A DNA stretch of 64,000 bases from Octopus vulgaris. Taxonomy: Eukaryota. The position numbers and the translations under genes are program-made. The notes below the pieces were generated by a model. That model was not told the origin of the DNA, searched no databases, and was given only the letters and a program-made list of their open reading frames with translations. Location: positions 186,248,001-186,312,000 of the forward strand of contig OX597814.1 in NCBI GenBank assembly GCA_951406725.2, given 5' to 3'. Position 1 is the stretch's first letter, and each line of letters begins with the position of its first letter. Shown here in pieces: positions 22,706 through 40,245 of the stretch.

Positions 22706-24269
22706 TTAATTAAGATACATAGATATATAACATTGGGAAATATTTAACCTATAGTACTAAGAAAACATGAAAATAGATAAGAAAAGTGAAAGAAATTATA
22801 ATTAAGACCTCATCTATTAGATTTATTCTGACATCAAGACTTATTTATATTAATCTGTCTGAATAGTATTAAAAGAACAGGCAAAATAGTCTTTTCCTTT
22901 AAATTAATGAATATAGGCATAGGAGTGGCTGTGTGGTAAGTAGCTTGCTTATGAACCACATGGTTCCAGGTTCAGTCTCACTGTGTGGAACCTTGGGTAA
23001 TTGTCTTCTACTATAGCCTCGGGCCGACCAGAGCCTTGTGAGTGGATTTGGTAGATGGAAACTGAAAGAAGCCTGTCGTATATATGTATATATATATATA
23101 TATATGTTGTGTGTGTGTATGTTTGTGTGCCTGTGTCTGTCCCCCCATTGCTTGACAACCGATGCTGGTGTGATTACATCCCCGTAACTTAGCGGTTCGA
23201 CAAAAGAGACTGATAGAATAAGTACTAGGCTTACAAAGAATAAGTCCTGGGGGGGCGATTTGCTCGACTAAAGGCGATGCTCCAGCATGGCCACAGTCAC
23301 ATGACTGAAACAAGTAAAGAGACCAATAGAATAAGTACTAGGCTTACAAAGAATAAGTCCTGGGGGTCGATTTGCTCGACTAAAGGTGGTGCTCCAGCAT
23401 GGCCACAGTCACATGACTGAAACAAGTGAAAGAAAGATAAAAGAAAGAACTGAGTCATGTCATTAATTTTTACGACTATGTTCAAAAGTAAGTAAACACA
23501 CACCTCACCAGTCTTTACATCAGTGCCACGAGTCTGAGACATATGTAACAACAGCAAAACACATTTAAAAATTTACCTACACCAACTGTCAAATCTTACA
23601 CTGTGTACATAGGTACACTCTATCACATTCTGGTAACCTTGATCCTTGGTCATCTTTTGTAGTTATACAAACAACATCTCCTTCACAATCACAGTATTAC
23701 ATGAATAGATATTAAATAAACAGTCTCATGCATGCATGTCATCACACACACTGTGATTATTCTGAAGCAGTCCACCCTCTTGAAATTGCTTCACCTGGTT
23801 AACAAGGCTACTTCCTTGCAAAAATGTCTACCTGCTTTCAGTCCTTAACATTTTCTGTTGACCTAGAGTAATTTTAAATCATGACAAAATACTCTCAACC
23901 TGTCTTCTAAAGTACTCATCACCCTTCTTAATAAACACACACACACACATAAGCAAACAAGCAAACAATATATTAAGAAAAGAAAAGATAAAAAAAAAAG
24001 TATAATTATTTCATGTCCATTTTCTTATGTCATCCTACTTCAGTAAAAAACTTTAAATTGAAAAAAAAAAAAAAAAAAACCACAATGGAAAATGTAAGAA
24101 AATGATACACCAGTAACTAAAAAAACAATAATAAAAAGAGGAGAAAAGCAAAAACTTGTAACCAAACAATACTTTATTTATCTTTTGTTTATCTCTTCAA
24201 ACTTCTCTCTTTTTCTCACTCCCCAGCAACCATCATTTTTTTTTTCTGCCCCAACATTACATGAGGAAA

Positions 24270-29450
<5,181 letters not shown>

Positions 29451-31464
29451 TTCTTTCCATATCTAAGCAGATTGCTAAAATAGATAGTGGGTATTAAAAC
29501 ATTATAAAAGCATTTAAAAAAAAAAAAACTTTTTTAAGACTTTCACTATATAAAACCATTTTGAATGCTAAAATCTGTGATTTGTGAAAGACTGACTTTT
29601 AAATCTCAACTCGTCTTTTGCGGTAGAACCACGTAAAGGGTGCTTTGAGTAGAAATGAATAAACAAAACCTTTTTTTTTTATGTGGCAAAAAAAGATTGG
29701 AAAAGAGCAACAAATTCCATAACAACAATAAACCATTTCCAGTCAAACAGTTCTTATCAATAACTTTATTTACCTTTCATTTATTAAGATGATGTGGGAC
29801 CAGCATACTGAAAGTATACACAAGAAAAATACTGTTAAGGGCCTAACACAGTAGCGTGTTGAATTTCTTTGTTCACATTTTTAAATTGACTCTAATTTGG
29901 AAATTTGTCATTTGTTTATTTGTCGATCTTATGTTCTTCATACTGTTTATTTGTTAACCAAAAGGTTTCATTTCATATGAAACATAGTTAAGTCAATGAA
30001 TAACAACAATTTTATTCTTGCTTAAAATATGTCTAAATGAATATGAAGAAAATAATTACAACACATACATATGCTTAAATGCTTTGGTCTATCCGCTCAC
30101 TGTTCTACTGTTGTTATCTATAGGTTTTTATTTCAACATAACAGACACTATCTCTTCGTAACAGAAGAACAGAGACAGCTGTGAAAATAGCCCTAATGAA
30201 GTAAATGTTATTGACTTTTCAGTTAGAATTCATTCTGACAATTAGGAATATTTCCAAGATTCTGAGATGTTTGTCAGAAAGTAAAACAGGATTTGTTATA
30301 TTGTGGTTATCATAGCTAAAACAGTAAACAAACTGTTCTTATTTTGTCACATAAATAAAGGGCTTAATATTTCTCCTATTAAATTCAATAAATAAAAAGA
30401 AATTGCTCTAATATAATTCGTCTTTGACAAATTATAACACTGCCCATATGGTTTACTTTATTATTTATCTTTTCTTTTTTTTTTTGTATTTTGTATCGCA
30501 ACTATCTTCCCAATATTTCTCCACAAGTTTTTATAGAAGCAACACATGCTCTGATCACTCAAGAGTCTGATTTACTCCTCCTGTTATTAATTATCTATTT
30601 TCTATTATCAAGAGCTTTATCCCCTCTTAAATTGTATATTTCTCACTATACATTCTTTTCTTTGTACTTCAAATCCAATCAAAGAAGCAGAGAAGAAACA
30701 CCAGTCTCTAGATTGTAGGTTGCACTTAATCTTCAAAAAGCTCCTTCAGCAGCCTCACATTCAAAGAAACCAAGTTGGTGCTCATCACATACAAGAAGAA
30801 AATTCTTATTTATATACCTCTCATTTTTTTTCCTTTTATATTTTCTATTTCTATTAGTTTTCCTCAGATCTCATCAACTATGAAAGAACATATATTTCTT
30901 TTCGTAGCTAAGACTACTTGTTGCATCAGGTGTCATTTAACAAGCAGATTTATTCTTCTGCTCAAACTACAAATAAAAATCACACATTTCAGACAAAACC
31001 TCCAACTACCAGAAGTCTCAAAGCAAAAATGATTCGATTCTGATCCAACATTTCCTTCATTTTACGATAGATATTATCACATCACCAAAGACTGATGTGG
31101 AGGAAGGGGTTTGATGCACCTGTGACATTCACCTGGCTAAAAAAAAAAAATCCTTTGCATTTCATCCTACCCCTTTCTGAAGAATAAAAAAATTACAATG
31201 TTTTACTGCTAGACTACAGAAAGGACACTGAAAGTGAGGTGTTAACCAGCTTAATCACCTTCATGAATAAATAAAGCAAGAGCTTTTACTCAAGATTATT
31301 ATAGTTCCAATGTTTGTCTTGTTTGACTTGTGCAATGAGAACCACATACAGTCTCATATAGAGAACCACATGTAGTCAAGCTATCAGAATATCAGCCTAC
31401 CAGCCAATGTGTAAAGTATTCAGTTCAGCACCCACTTTGAAGAATATAGCTGGTAGTGGCCTAG

Positions 31465-31800
31465 TGAAGGCGCATGGCTCAGTGGTTAGAGTGTCAAGCT
31501 TATGATAATAAGGTTGTGAGTTTGAATCCTAGACCGGGCTGCATGCTGTGTTCTTGAGCAAGACACTTTATTTCACATTGCTCCAGTTCACTTAGCTGTA
31601 GAAATGAGTTATGACGTCACAGGTGCCAAGCTGTATTGGCCCCTTTGCCTTTCCCTTGGATAACACTGGTGGCATGGAGAGGGGAGGCCGGTATGCATGG
31701 GTGACTGCTGATCTTCCATAAACAACCATGCCCAGACTTGTGCCTCGGAGTGTAACTTTCTAGGTGCAATCCCATGGTTAGTCATGACCAAAACGGGGTC
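31465..31800 (+). mobile_element. tRNA-derived SINE
   Basis: GGCGCATGGCTCAGTGGTTAGAG (A box) and GAGTTTGAATCC (B box). Confidence 0.85.
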
Positions 31801-34800
31801 TCAGATCTCTCAGGCCTAGATCATTTTGTCACAAACAGATACTATGAGGAGGTGCACCTCACTGCTCTAGGAAACAAGTGTACTGTATGTGTACTGTACA
31901 TGAACATGGAAAGGAATACAAAATACATATTGTATTATATTTGCAACTGTGCTTTAAGCAAAGTAATGAGTACTAAACCATTTAGCATTCAGATTACTCT
32001 CTCAAATGTAAAGCTGTTTTATTCACGTTGTTTTGAATTTCCCATACATTACTTCAAGGGTTTAAGATTTTGATGTGATTGTTTATTTTTAGGATGGCAT
32101 TGTAGGATAGGTATGTGAAGCAGGATCTTGCCAGTTTTGAACATATAGCAGGTCAGTTTAAATTCAAAAGGGTTGATATTTTTTTTTTAGTATATATCTA
32201 GCTTTCTATCAACTATCTACATTGTTTGTTCCTTCTCGAGCCACACCTGGCTCATAAGGACCAGTTTCCCTATTTCCTTGGTGTATAGGTTCCCCACCTG
32301 GACAGGACACCGTTCCATCGCAAGATGCAGGAGGAAAGAGTGAGAGAAAGTTGTAGCGAAAGAGTCAGCAGAAATTCACCATTACTTTCTGTCAGAGCCG
32401 TATGAAGCTTTGGAGTTTTGCTCATAAACACACACATTGCCCAGTCTGAGATTCGAACCCACGAGTCCACTGCTCTAACCACTAGGCCATGTGCCTCCAC
32501 ATCAACTATCTACATACATATATATATACACATGCAAACACACACTCATACATACATCATACATACATGATCGAATCTCCCATTGAGGATGTCATATGTG
32601 TGTTTAGGCTTTATCGAACGATCTGTACAAATGATTTGTTTGTTATAGTTAAATGTTTGTGCCGCACATTAGCTCACTCTCTCCATCAAATCAACATTGT
32701 CTGAACAGGTGCACAATGTACCATGTGTCAGGTGTCAAAGTGATTGCAAAGCAACATGAGATGAGGTGTTTTGCTTAACAACACAACATACCACCCGGTC
32801 TAGGAATTGAAATCACAATTGCTAGACCGTGAGTGCAATGCCCTAACCACTAAGCCATGTGCCCTCACACATACATACTCTTTTACTTGTTTCAGTCATT
32901 TTACTGTGGCCATGCTGGAGCACCGCCTTTAGTCGACCAAATTGATCCCAGGACTTACTCTTTGTAAGCCTAGTATTTATTCTATCGGTCACTTTTGCCG
33001 AACCGCTACGTTACGGGGACGTAAACACACCAGCATCGGTTGTCAAGCGATGCTGGGGAGACAAACACAGACACACAAACATACACACACATATATATAT
33101 ATACATATATATGACGGGCTTCTTTCAGTTTCCGTCTACCAGATCCATTCACAAGGCTTTGGTCGGCCCAAGGCTATAGTAGAAGACACTTGCCCAAGGT
33201 GCCATGCAGTGGGACTGAACCCGGAACCATGTGGTTGATAAGCAAGTTATTTACCACACAGCCACTCCTATGCCCATACATACACACACACACACATACA
33301 TACATACATACATACATACATCTTATGACTCAATTTCCCCGTTTCCAATCTCAAAGTTTTTCATATTCTGTCAGAAGATCAGGGGCAATAAAATTAGAGT
33401 TCTGAAATGTAGTGTTAACTTCAATAAATATAATACTCCGCCTTTGTTGTAGAGTACTTTTTTCTCTTTTACTCTTTCTTTTAGACTCATATGTTTTGCA
33501 CACACACACACATTTCCAAAATATTCTTACACTCACGGAGTGGTTGGCAATAGGAAGGGCATCCAGCTGTAGAAACACTGCCAGATCAGACTGGAGCCTG
33601 GTGCAGCCTCCTGGCTTCCCAGACCCCGGTCGAACCGGCGAACCCATGCTAGCATGGAAAACAGCCGTTAAACGATGATGATGATGATTGATATACTACC
33701 GGAGAACCACTTGTTTAGCTTAAAACTTAAAGTGATTGGTGTTAGAACAGCAGTCATATACACGTACACACACACACATTTAATATCTGTCATCAGGTGA
33801 CTAAACATTTTAAATGTTATCGGGCCATACTGGAAGAATTAAGGTTGCTATACTCTTAAAAGGCTAAGTTAAACATAATAAGATACCAACAAATCTAATG
33901 ACAGATTGGACAGCTTAATCCTATTCTTCTTTCTGAATAGTTCATGTAACCTCGCTTCAATTGTCCTTTTCCTCCTGCCATTTCTGCCAATTCGATCTCT
34001 ATCTTCATTCATTCAGATTTATAATTTTTTATTTTTTGGATTTCTTCTTGATTTTTGTTACCTTCTTCTGAAAAAACATTCCAATGAAAGACATAATTTA
34101 AAAAAAAGAATGTTTAACTAAAATTATTATAATTGTTTTTGCTTTGTTTTCTGAATTTTTATTTATTTATTTTTTTATTATTTTTCTGCCATTTATTTCT
34201 TGTTAAAGATTTAAAATCAATATCATTAAAGACAAATGCACTTTTGATACAATTATTACTGTCATCATTTCAAGATTAGTATTGTTGTTGTTGTTGTTGT
34301 TAAGGTGGTGAGCTGACAGACTCATTAACATGCTGGGCAAAATGCTTAGTGGCATTTCAACCATCTTTATGTTGAGTTCAAATCCTGGTAAGGTCAACTT
34401 TGCCCTGTCATCCTTTCAGGGTTGATAAAATAAGTACCAGTTGACCACTGGGGGTCAATTTAATCAGCCTACCCTTTCTCCTGAAACTGATGACCTCGAG
34501 CTCAAAATTTGAAATCACAATTGTTGTTGTTGTTTTCTCCCTTTTCTTTTGATAAGAATAATCATTAACATTTATTTTTCTTTCATTACTGAAGAAACTT
34601 CAACTGATTAGAAAATGGTAGGAAAAGGCTTACCATATTTAGCATTAATTCCAATCTCTCTCTCTCTCTCTTTCTCTTTCTCTCTCTCTCTCTCTCTCTT
34701 CTTTTTACTATTTTTCATACCTACAGGTGGCACGTAAAAAGCACCCACTACACTCACGGAGTGGTTGGCGTTAGGAAGGGCATCCAGCTGTAGAAACATT

Positions 34801-34955
34801 GCCAGATTAGACTGGAGCCTGGTGCAGCCTTCTGGCTTCCCAGAACCCCGGTCGAACCGTCCAACCCATGCTAGCATGGAGAACGGACGTTAAACGACGA
34901 TGATGATGATGATGATGAGTATGGCTTTATATTCACAAAATAGCCACTATGCCAT

Positions 34956-35232
34956 ATGCCTGTGGGCATATGGCGTTGTGGTTAAGAGCGCAGGCTACTA
35001 ACCCCAAGATTCCAAGTTCGATTCCAGTCAGTGACCTGAATAATAATAATAATAATAATAACATCAGAAAATACCTTACAAATGAGAACCCAGGTTTTAA
35101 ATTTTCCCAAGTCACCTGATGAAGGCTGGAGGGTATATCAGCCGAAATGTGTTAACAACAAACAAGATGAGGGCAAATATCTGTCAAATGTAAATAATGT
35201 AAATAATTCCTCATCTCTTAAATATAGATCTG
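34956..35232 (+). mobile_element. tRNA-headed element with a hammerhead-bearing tail
   Basis: A box TGGCGTTGTGGTTAAGAGCG, anticodon-like GGCTACTAACC, B box AGTTCGATTCC, (AAT)n linker, then CAC-CTGATGA-A-GGCTG...CAGCC-GAAA-T-GTG at 35113-35151. Confidence 0.75.
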
Positions 35233-35588
35233 AAACAGGTTGTTGTAATATTCTGATTTTTCACAAGAACATTAGCAGCTCTTAAATCACAAGTGAAATA
35301 TCTCTTCTATCAAGAATTCTGAAGCAGGCTGCCCAGTATTAGAAGAAGAAGAAAATATTGATTCTTCATGTTTATCTGATGTCTTATTGGTGCTTATTGC
35401 TTCTTAGCACTGGATCTTTATACAAAGAAACTCTAATATAAACTCTTTGGCAACAGTCAAATGCTCAGTTCATGTCTGTTTTCAAAATCTTTTTAATATC
35501 TAAATTGCTGTGGATTATCCATAATTAGTTTTAATAACTAACTAATGGGCAGGCAACATCTAATCAAATTGATGATGGCATTTCACAG

Positions 35589-35742
35589 ATTGATAGTGTG
35601 GGTTATGGTCTAGCTATTTCCCATTCATATAGCAGTGTGTACAATTTATATTAATACCCATTTTTATTGATAGTGTGGGTTATGGTCTAGCTATTTCCCA
35701 TTCATATAGCAGTGTGTACAATTTATATTAATACCCATTTTT
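35589..35742. repeat. Perfect 77-bp tandem duplication
   Basis: ATTGATAGTGTGGGTTATGG...ATACCCATTTTT occurs at 35589 and 35666. Confidence 0.95.
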
Positions 35743-38380
35743 GTCAGCTTTGGGGGATAAGAGCTATGTCAACCAAGACAGAGTGTGAAATCAAAAAGTA
35801 AGCTATCAAGCAACTGGTCAATAACACTGTCTGATGCATCAACTTGGCTATTTAAGCATTTAACAACACTGCTGTCAGTTTATATGATAGGATAAAAATG
35901 TAATTGTAATATCCCAGTGAATGCATGACTCAAACTATAAGCATTTCATGTAAACACTACACATATCATGATTCTCTAAAGAAGAGATGAGGTTAATTTA
36001 TTTTCTGAATTTCTGAAAGGGGCTAGGAAGGCAAAAGTGCTATTAATTTGCATTCCTTATTGCAGATTTGCTTTGCTGGCCTCATCATCTTACTAAACCA
36101 GCTTTTCCATCTTTCACCATCCCTACTAAATCTATTTCTATATCCCCACCTCACACACATACACTAAATAGAATGCATAATTCTTCCTTCTCCCAAAACA
36201 TCCTAAATTAGAAACGGTTTTTTTTCTCTTTTTCTTCTTTGCCTTCCTATTTTGAGCTGAGGGTCCTGATTTTCTCTCCTTTTTTTCTTTGGTTTTTCTT
36301 CTAAAGGATGGCAGGTGTGTCAATTGGTTGACCCCTAATACAAAACACCTCCAAACTAAGAGGTTAGTATGCCAACAGTTACTGCATAATCTACAAAGGT
36401 TGCAATCTGTTTAAGTCCATTGATCCATGAAGAGTTTATTTTTATCAAGTGTCCAACCGTATGATACAACTGTTTACACTTGAAAGATGTTTTGTTCCAA
36501 TCAGAATGTCATTTTTCCAGCTGCTAAAAGATTATTTCTTTTTCTTTTACAAAAATAATACAGTTTTATGTATGTATATACATACTTTTGTGACTCTATT
36601 TTTGTTTTCCTTTTGGCACAGATTTTTTTGAGCAGATCAACAAAGGGTGTCATTCAAAATGTTCATGATATTGATAAATGTTTCCTCAGTTCATTCTTAA
36701 ACTGTATTGAGAAACAAAGCTTAAATTCTCCTGTGGCTTAAATCCTATTCATAAAAGACTACTTCTCCTTGTCTATCTCTTTCCTTAGTATAAATATTCA
36801 TAGAAATAAACACACACACATATGCATGCACACACACACACACAAACGCAGAACTAAAATCTCAAAGAGGGTGGGATGGGAGAAGGTAGGAAAAGAGAAT
36901 AAAATGCTAAAGGTAAACATTACTTCTGTCCAATAATCATATTTCTTTGCTTTTTCTACTACAATGCACCACACTTTTTCTTCATATAGGTACAGATTGT
37001 GGATGTTGACAATTTTTTTTTTTTTTTATGAAGAAACCCTATTCAAGAGAGAAGAATCAATAATAACCTCCCTGAATTTAACATCCCACATTTTACTTCA
37101 TCTTTCCAGATCATCCAAAGGTTAACAAAGACAATCCTGACAAGATTCAAACTAAGTGTCTTTTCAAATCCTGACTGATATTTCATGACCCTAATATGTT
37201 GAATATCATGGTAAAATTATTCTTAACAAGAACATTGATATTAGTTTTAATTTATTTGGATCAATTCATGATAAATACATCTATTTTCTGTTATTACTTT
37301 AGCTACTCTAGATCTACCAACCATTGTTAATTCTTCTGTATGCTAATGTCAGTGATTTTAAAATATCAGACTTGCTTTCCTTCATAATTTGTATCTTTAA
37401 AGCAACCAAATCCATTAAGCTTTAGGACAAAATTTATAACTATAATTCAATCATTAAAGCATTTTGTTTATCTTTTTATTTTCTAGTCTTTATCAGTTCC
37501 AATATTTTAAGCAGGATATATTGACCCAATTTCCTATATCTATTATTATGATTTTTATTTTTAATCTCTTTACAAACCTCTCAGACTAAACCTACCAACT
37601 ATTATGGCGTATTATGAATTTTTGTCACCAGCAATAATTGTCACTTTACTTTTCCATTTCTTTCATGTTCCATTACAGAACTGTTTTTTATGAGGAACCT
37701 GGAAGCCATTTTGAATATGAAATAGATTTTGCTAGTCTAATGTATTTAGTTTTATCACTTCTACCTTTCTCACTAGATTTGTAATTTTTCTTTTATTTAA
37801 TGTTTCACTTTCATTACTAATAAATGTGTTAACGCAAACAAGCTACTGGCAGAAATAAAACAGAAAATATTCAATAGCAATATGGCAAGATTTTCATGAC
37901 AGAAGCAAATAAGTTATCCATTTCTCTTATGCTGGTTATATATTGGTTACATGCCAAATACCATTTAAGTTATCATATTTTCATAAGTTGGTTAAACAAA
38001 TTTGATCATCTGATAAAACAAATCAAGTCAATAGCTTTTCACAAAATCAAAAGTGGGGAACCTTCTTTGTACCAGGGTAGAATTGCAAGTACATCAGAAC
38101 TTGTAGGGATACGAACATGCTGAGAGAATAATGAATCTTAATTTTATTGATTCATAGCTATTCAATTTACATTAGTCTCAGGGATTAAACATTTCTTTTA
38201 TTGTCAAATAGGTTGTTTTAGAAACATCATGTGCAAGCTGTTTCAAACTTGATGCCGCTGAAATATTACTCAAGGGCAATGAATTTTAACAATGTGATAT
38301 GATATTACAAGTAAGAGGTAGGTAGATAAGCACAAGTAAGAGGTAGGTAGATAAGCAAATATATATATATATATATATAT

Positions 38381-39231
38381 AAGAACCGAAAAAGTTGGAC
38401 TCCGGGCATGACAGACCCTGTAATTCACATATGCAAAACAGAAGGAATAGATAACGAATACGAAGTCTGGCGGTTATCTGTGAACATCATGTTTCTGGAT
38501 TATAAACATATTGAATATATATTCCATATATTTTTGATATATATTTCATATATATTGCATATATATTTCACATCCTTCTTCAGCACAGCTTTCCATTGAA
38601 AAAGATTTATCATAGATTTATCAAATGCTACGTACCTCAAACCTTCTGACCATGCGACATCAAAATATTTGAAGAAAGTGAGCAAAGGCTAAACCTACAT
38701 AGACGTTTGAATTCATAAATCTTCCCTCCAAAATTTTGCCATGCGCATTACAGTTAGGTTGTCAAAGGGAGTGAAAAATCCAAATAGTAATATAATGATA
38801 AGAGTAAATAATTTCTATAAAGGCTTTTAAAAAAAACCCAATTATTTACTGGTAGAATTCGGTATGTAAATATAGTTCAGTATATATATTGTATATAAGA
38901 AAAAGGGACAGGCAAAACAGGTTGCTTGACCGCATACCGAAAAAATAGAAATAGCAGTCAAGAATGCTTATTTCTATCAAAGTTGGACTTACAGGGTCTG
39001 TCATGCCCGGAGTCCAACTTTGATAGAAATAAGCATTCTTGACTGCTATTTCTATTTTTTCGGTATGCGGTCAAGCAACCTGTTTTGCCTGTCCCTTTTT
39101 CTTATATACAATATATATACTGAACTTTACAGAAGTTCCTGCCGGTAATCGGCTATATTTACATACCGAATTCTACCAGTAAATAATTGGGGTTTTTTTA
39201 AAAGCCTTTATAGAAATTATTTACTCTTATC

Positions 39232-39237
<6 letters not shown>
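38381..39237. mobile_element. Young insertion with ~200 bp near-perfect inverted repeat, in a (TA)n site
   Basis: 38791-38989 pairs with 39011-39237 (a 26-nt extra segment lies at 39127-39152). 38391-38423 is the reverse complement of 38989-39021. Confidence 0.8.
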
Positions 39238-39291
<54 letters not shown>

Positions 39292-39350
39292 TAGAGATAG
39301 ACAGGTAGACAGACTGGCAGTTATGTTTCTACAATACACAAAATATTCAA

Positions 39351-39570
39351 CCTATTCATTACCTACCTGACTGAAACCAGCTCTGGCTCTGAGTACAAAT
39401 GTCTTGTTTTCATAAGTTTTGAATTAAAATCTTTCACCAAACCTTAGTCACAATTTATGCTCCTAACACTAGCTGAATGATAACCAAGTTATTTTACTAA
39501 ATTCTTTGTTATATTTAAAGAAATTAAAAGAAACACGGAGCATCTCAAAATAAATACAGTAATGAAGGGG
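39351..39570. mobile_element. piggyBac-type MITE
   Basis: Homologous to 20740-20960 and ends GGGG-TTAA. Confidence 0.85.
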
Positions 39571-39599
39571 TTAAACATTTTCGTTATACGATTCTTAAT

Positions 39600-39724
39600 A
39601 ATATTTAATCCTAAAAATATCACAGGAGTTTTTTTAGACATTGAATGGTAATGAGGGTCCCCCACCCACTGAGTAAAATAGGAATTAAAGGGGTCCATAG
39701 GCAAAAAAAGGTTGAGAACCACTG
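39600..39724 (-). mobile_element. hAT/Charlie-like MITE end
   Basis: Minus strand starts CAGTGGTTCTCAACCTTTTTTTG, a typical hAT terminus. Confidence 0.6.
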
Positions 39725-40084
39725 CTCTAAACAATCAGTTTTGAAGTAAGGTATTCTTAGAGCATTATAACAATTTGGTAAAAAAAAAAAAAATGACATG
39801 TCCATAGAGCAAAACTTGATGTCAACAAAAATTCGACTTTCTCTTGTAACTCTCAAATCAAATTCTTTTTCAATTGAACTATATCAATTTCTGAAAGATT
39901 ATAGATTAGAGTAACTATTACCATGTCTGGTTTTCTGCAGACTGCTTTTGATCACTAAATTTCTGTTTGAGAATTTTCAAATATTTCAAAAAGTTCAAAT
40001 GTTTATTTCTTTTTTAATATATCACATAAATTTTACCTTGAAGAATTGCAATGAATTTTAACAATGTGGTATGATATTATGAGT

Positions 40085-40245
40085 AAAAGGTAGGTTGATA
40101 GATAGATAGATAGATAAATAGATGGATAGATAGATAGATAGATACATAGGTAGGTAGGTAGGTACATACATACATACATACATACATACATACATACATA
40201 GCAGGTAGGTATGTAGGTAGGTAGATAGATAGATAGATAGATAAA
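40085..40245. repeat. Compound (GATA)n/(GGTA)n/(CATA)n tetranucleotide repeat
   Basis: Directly visible. Confidence 0.95.

Larger units (their letters stand above)
31066..36520 (-). pseudogene. Decayed intron-containing protein kinase (PEAK1/pragmin- or PINK1-like) remnants
   Basis: Exon-like 35475->35232 gives TEHLTVAKEF...DKHEESIF / LLLLIL / EFLIEEIFH / CDLRAANVLV (DLRAANVLV at 35262-35288). Exon-like 31136->31066 gives TGASNPF with AG/GT ends. Confidence 0.5.

Noticed and set aside
23540-23865. Minus-strand exon-like stretch (…RVYLCTQCKI)
   Set aside because: Splice-like ends are present but there is no recognisable motif, so it cannot be supported without a search.
34964-35036. Functional tRNA gene
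   Set aside because: The acceptor stem does not pair well and the sequence runs into a repeat tail. Treated as a SINE head, like the other tRNA-like heads.
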